In this document: positions 24,034 through 25,004 of the stretch, piece by piece
Layout: every line of letters starts with the position of its first letter
Position numbering within the stretch: position 1 is the first letter of the stretch
Source: a candidate division WOR-3 bacterium
GTDB taxonomy: Bacteria; Hydrothermota; Tepidihabitantia; Tepidihabitantales; Tepidihabitantaceae
Assembly (NCBI GenBank): GCA_965648935.1
Contig: CBFGIY010000034.1
Coordinates: 1-25,004 of the forward strand
Reading direction: 5' to 3'
DNA length: 25,004 bases
Notes under the pieces: model-generated
Databases searched by the model: none
Seen by the model: only the letters and a program-made list of their open reading frames with translations
Told to the model about the DNA's origin: nothing
Program-made: the position numbers and the translations under genes

Positions 24034-25004
24034 AGTTGACCGAGAACGCCGCTGGCCGACTCGTGCCGGACAGCGTCAACGGCCGACCGGCCGCGCCATT
24101 CGCCGGCGTCGGCAAGTACCGGCCGACCGGCCGCAAGGCCGCGCCGCCCATACCGACCTGCATCGACTACCCGGCCGACGGCAACAAACTCGTGCCCGAC
24201 CTGCGCGCCGCGCTCGAGAAGTGCGGCCTGCGTGACGGGATGACGGTCTCGACACACCACCACTTCAGGGACGGCGACACGCTGGCGGTCCAGCTATTCG
24301 ACACGTGCGCCGAAATGGGCCTCAAAAACCTCATCTGGTACCCGTCGGCCGCCTTCCCCTGCCACGCTCCGCTAATCCGCCATCTGGACTCGGGTGTGAT
24401 TCATCACATCGAAGGCAGCCTCAACGGTCCCTTGGGCGACTACTGCACCAGCGGCCGGATGCGCGGGCTGGGCGTGCTCCGGTCTCACGGCGGCCGCGCC
24501 CAGGCCATCCAGGACGGCGAACTGCACATCGACCTGGCAGTGCTTGCCGCCCCGACCTGCGACCAGTTCGGCAACGCCAACGCAATTCACGGAGACGCTG
24601 CATGCGGCGTGCTCGGTTACGCGACCCCCGACCTGTTCTATGCCGACCGGGTCATCGTCGTCACCAACAATCTGGTTCCCTTCCCCTGCGTCCCGATGCA
24701 GCTCTCGGGCAGCTATGTCGACTGCGTTGTCCGGCAGGACTCCATCGGCGACCCGAGCCGAATCCTGTCCGGCACCACGCGCATCACCCGTAGCCCGGAA
24801 CGGCTGCACATCGCTGAGCTTACCGCCCGGTTCATCCGCGACTCCGGCATCATGCGCAACGGGTTCTCGTTCCAGGGCGGCGCCGGCGGCGTGTCGCTCG
24901 CGTTCGCCATCTATCTCGCCGAGATGATGGAGAAGGCCGGGGTCCGCGCCGGCTGGATGCACGGCGGGACCACGCGCTACCTCGTCGAGATGCTTGAACG
25001 CGGA
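24030..25004 (+). CDS. citF: Citrate lyase alpha subunit / citrate:acetyl-ACP transferase (CitF), truncated by window end
   Basis: Absent from the ORF track (no stop in the window). GGAGG RBS and GTG at 24030 overlapping the citE stop. Manual translation: MKLTENAAGR...NKLV...GLRDGMTVSTHHHFRDGD...RSHGGRAQAIQDGELHID...FSFQGGAGG. Confidence 0.92.
   Translation, partial: MKLTENAAGRLVPDSVNGRPAAPFAGVGKYRPTGRKAAPPIPTCIDYPADGNKLVPDLRAALEKCGLRDGMTVSTHHHFRDGDTLAVQLFDTCAEMGLKNLIWYPSAAFPCHAPLIRHLDSGVIHHIEGSLNGPLGDYCTSGRMRGLGVLRSHGGRAQAIQDGELHIDLAVLAAPTCDQFGNANAIHGDAACGVLGYATPDLFYADRVIVVTNNLVPFPCVPMQLSGSYVDCVVRQDSIGDPSRILSGTTRITRSPERLHIAELTARFIRDSGIMRNGFSFQGGAGGVSLAFAIYLAEMMEKAGVRAGWMHGGTTRYLVEMLERG

Overview
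GC-rich bacterial window with no rRNA, tRNA, CRISPR array or mobile element recognised. The first ~16.7 kb encodes mostly cell-envelope and secreted proteins: a lipoprotein truncated by the window edge; a secreted papain-fold (C39/C10-like) cysteine protease with a T9SS-like C-terminal domain; a 1859-aa protein with 16 CARDB-like repeats and a FlgD-type C-terminal Ig domain, translationally coupled to a PorV/PorQ-like barrel fused to carboxypeptidase-regulatory-like and OmpA domains; several lipoproteins; a secreted tandem nitroreductase/SagB-fold protein; and a GIY-YIG-like protein with substituted catalytic residues. From 16.85 kb to the window end lies a tricarboxylate-metabolism cluster. 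It contains an isocitrate/homoisocitrate-type dehydrogenase with an NADP-type motif, an HD hydrolase, a divergent fused LeuC-LeuD-type hydro-lyase, a second split LeuC/LeuD pair, a CitD-CitE fusion and CitF, and it is interrupted by two antisense PLDc_N membrane-protein paralogues. Near-consensus sigma70 promoters are easy to see, and three of them imply leaderless mRNAs. The protein style suggests an FCB-related uncultured lineage such as WOR-3 (inference only). The best candidates for undescribed systems are (1) the CitDEF + double LeuCD + dehydrogenase + HD pathway and (2) the repeat adhesin plus barrel-OmpA fusion as a two-gene surface display/anchoring module.
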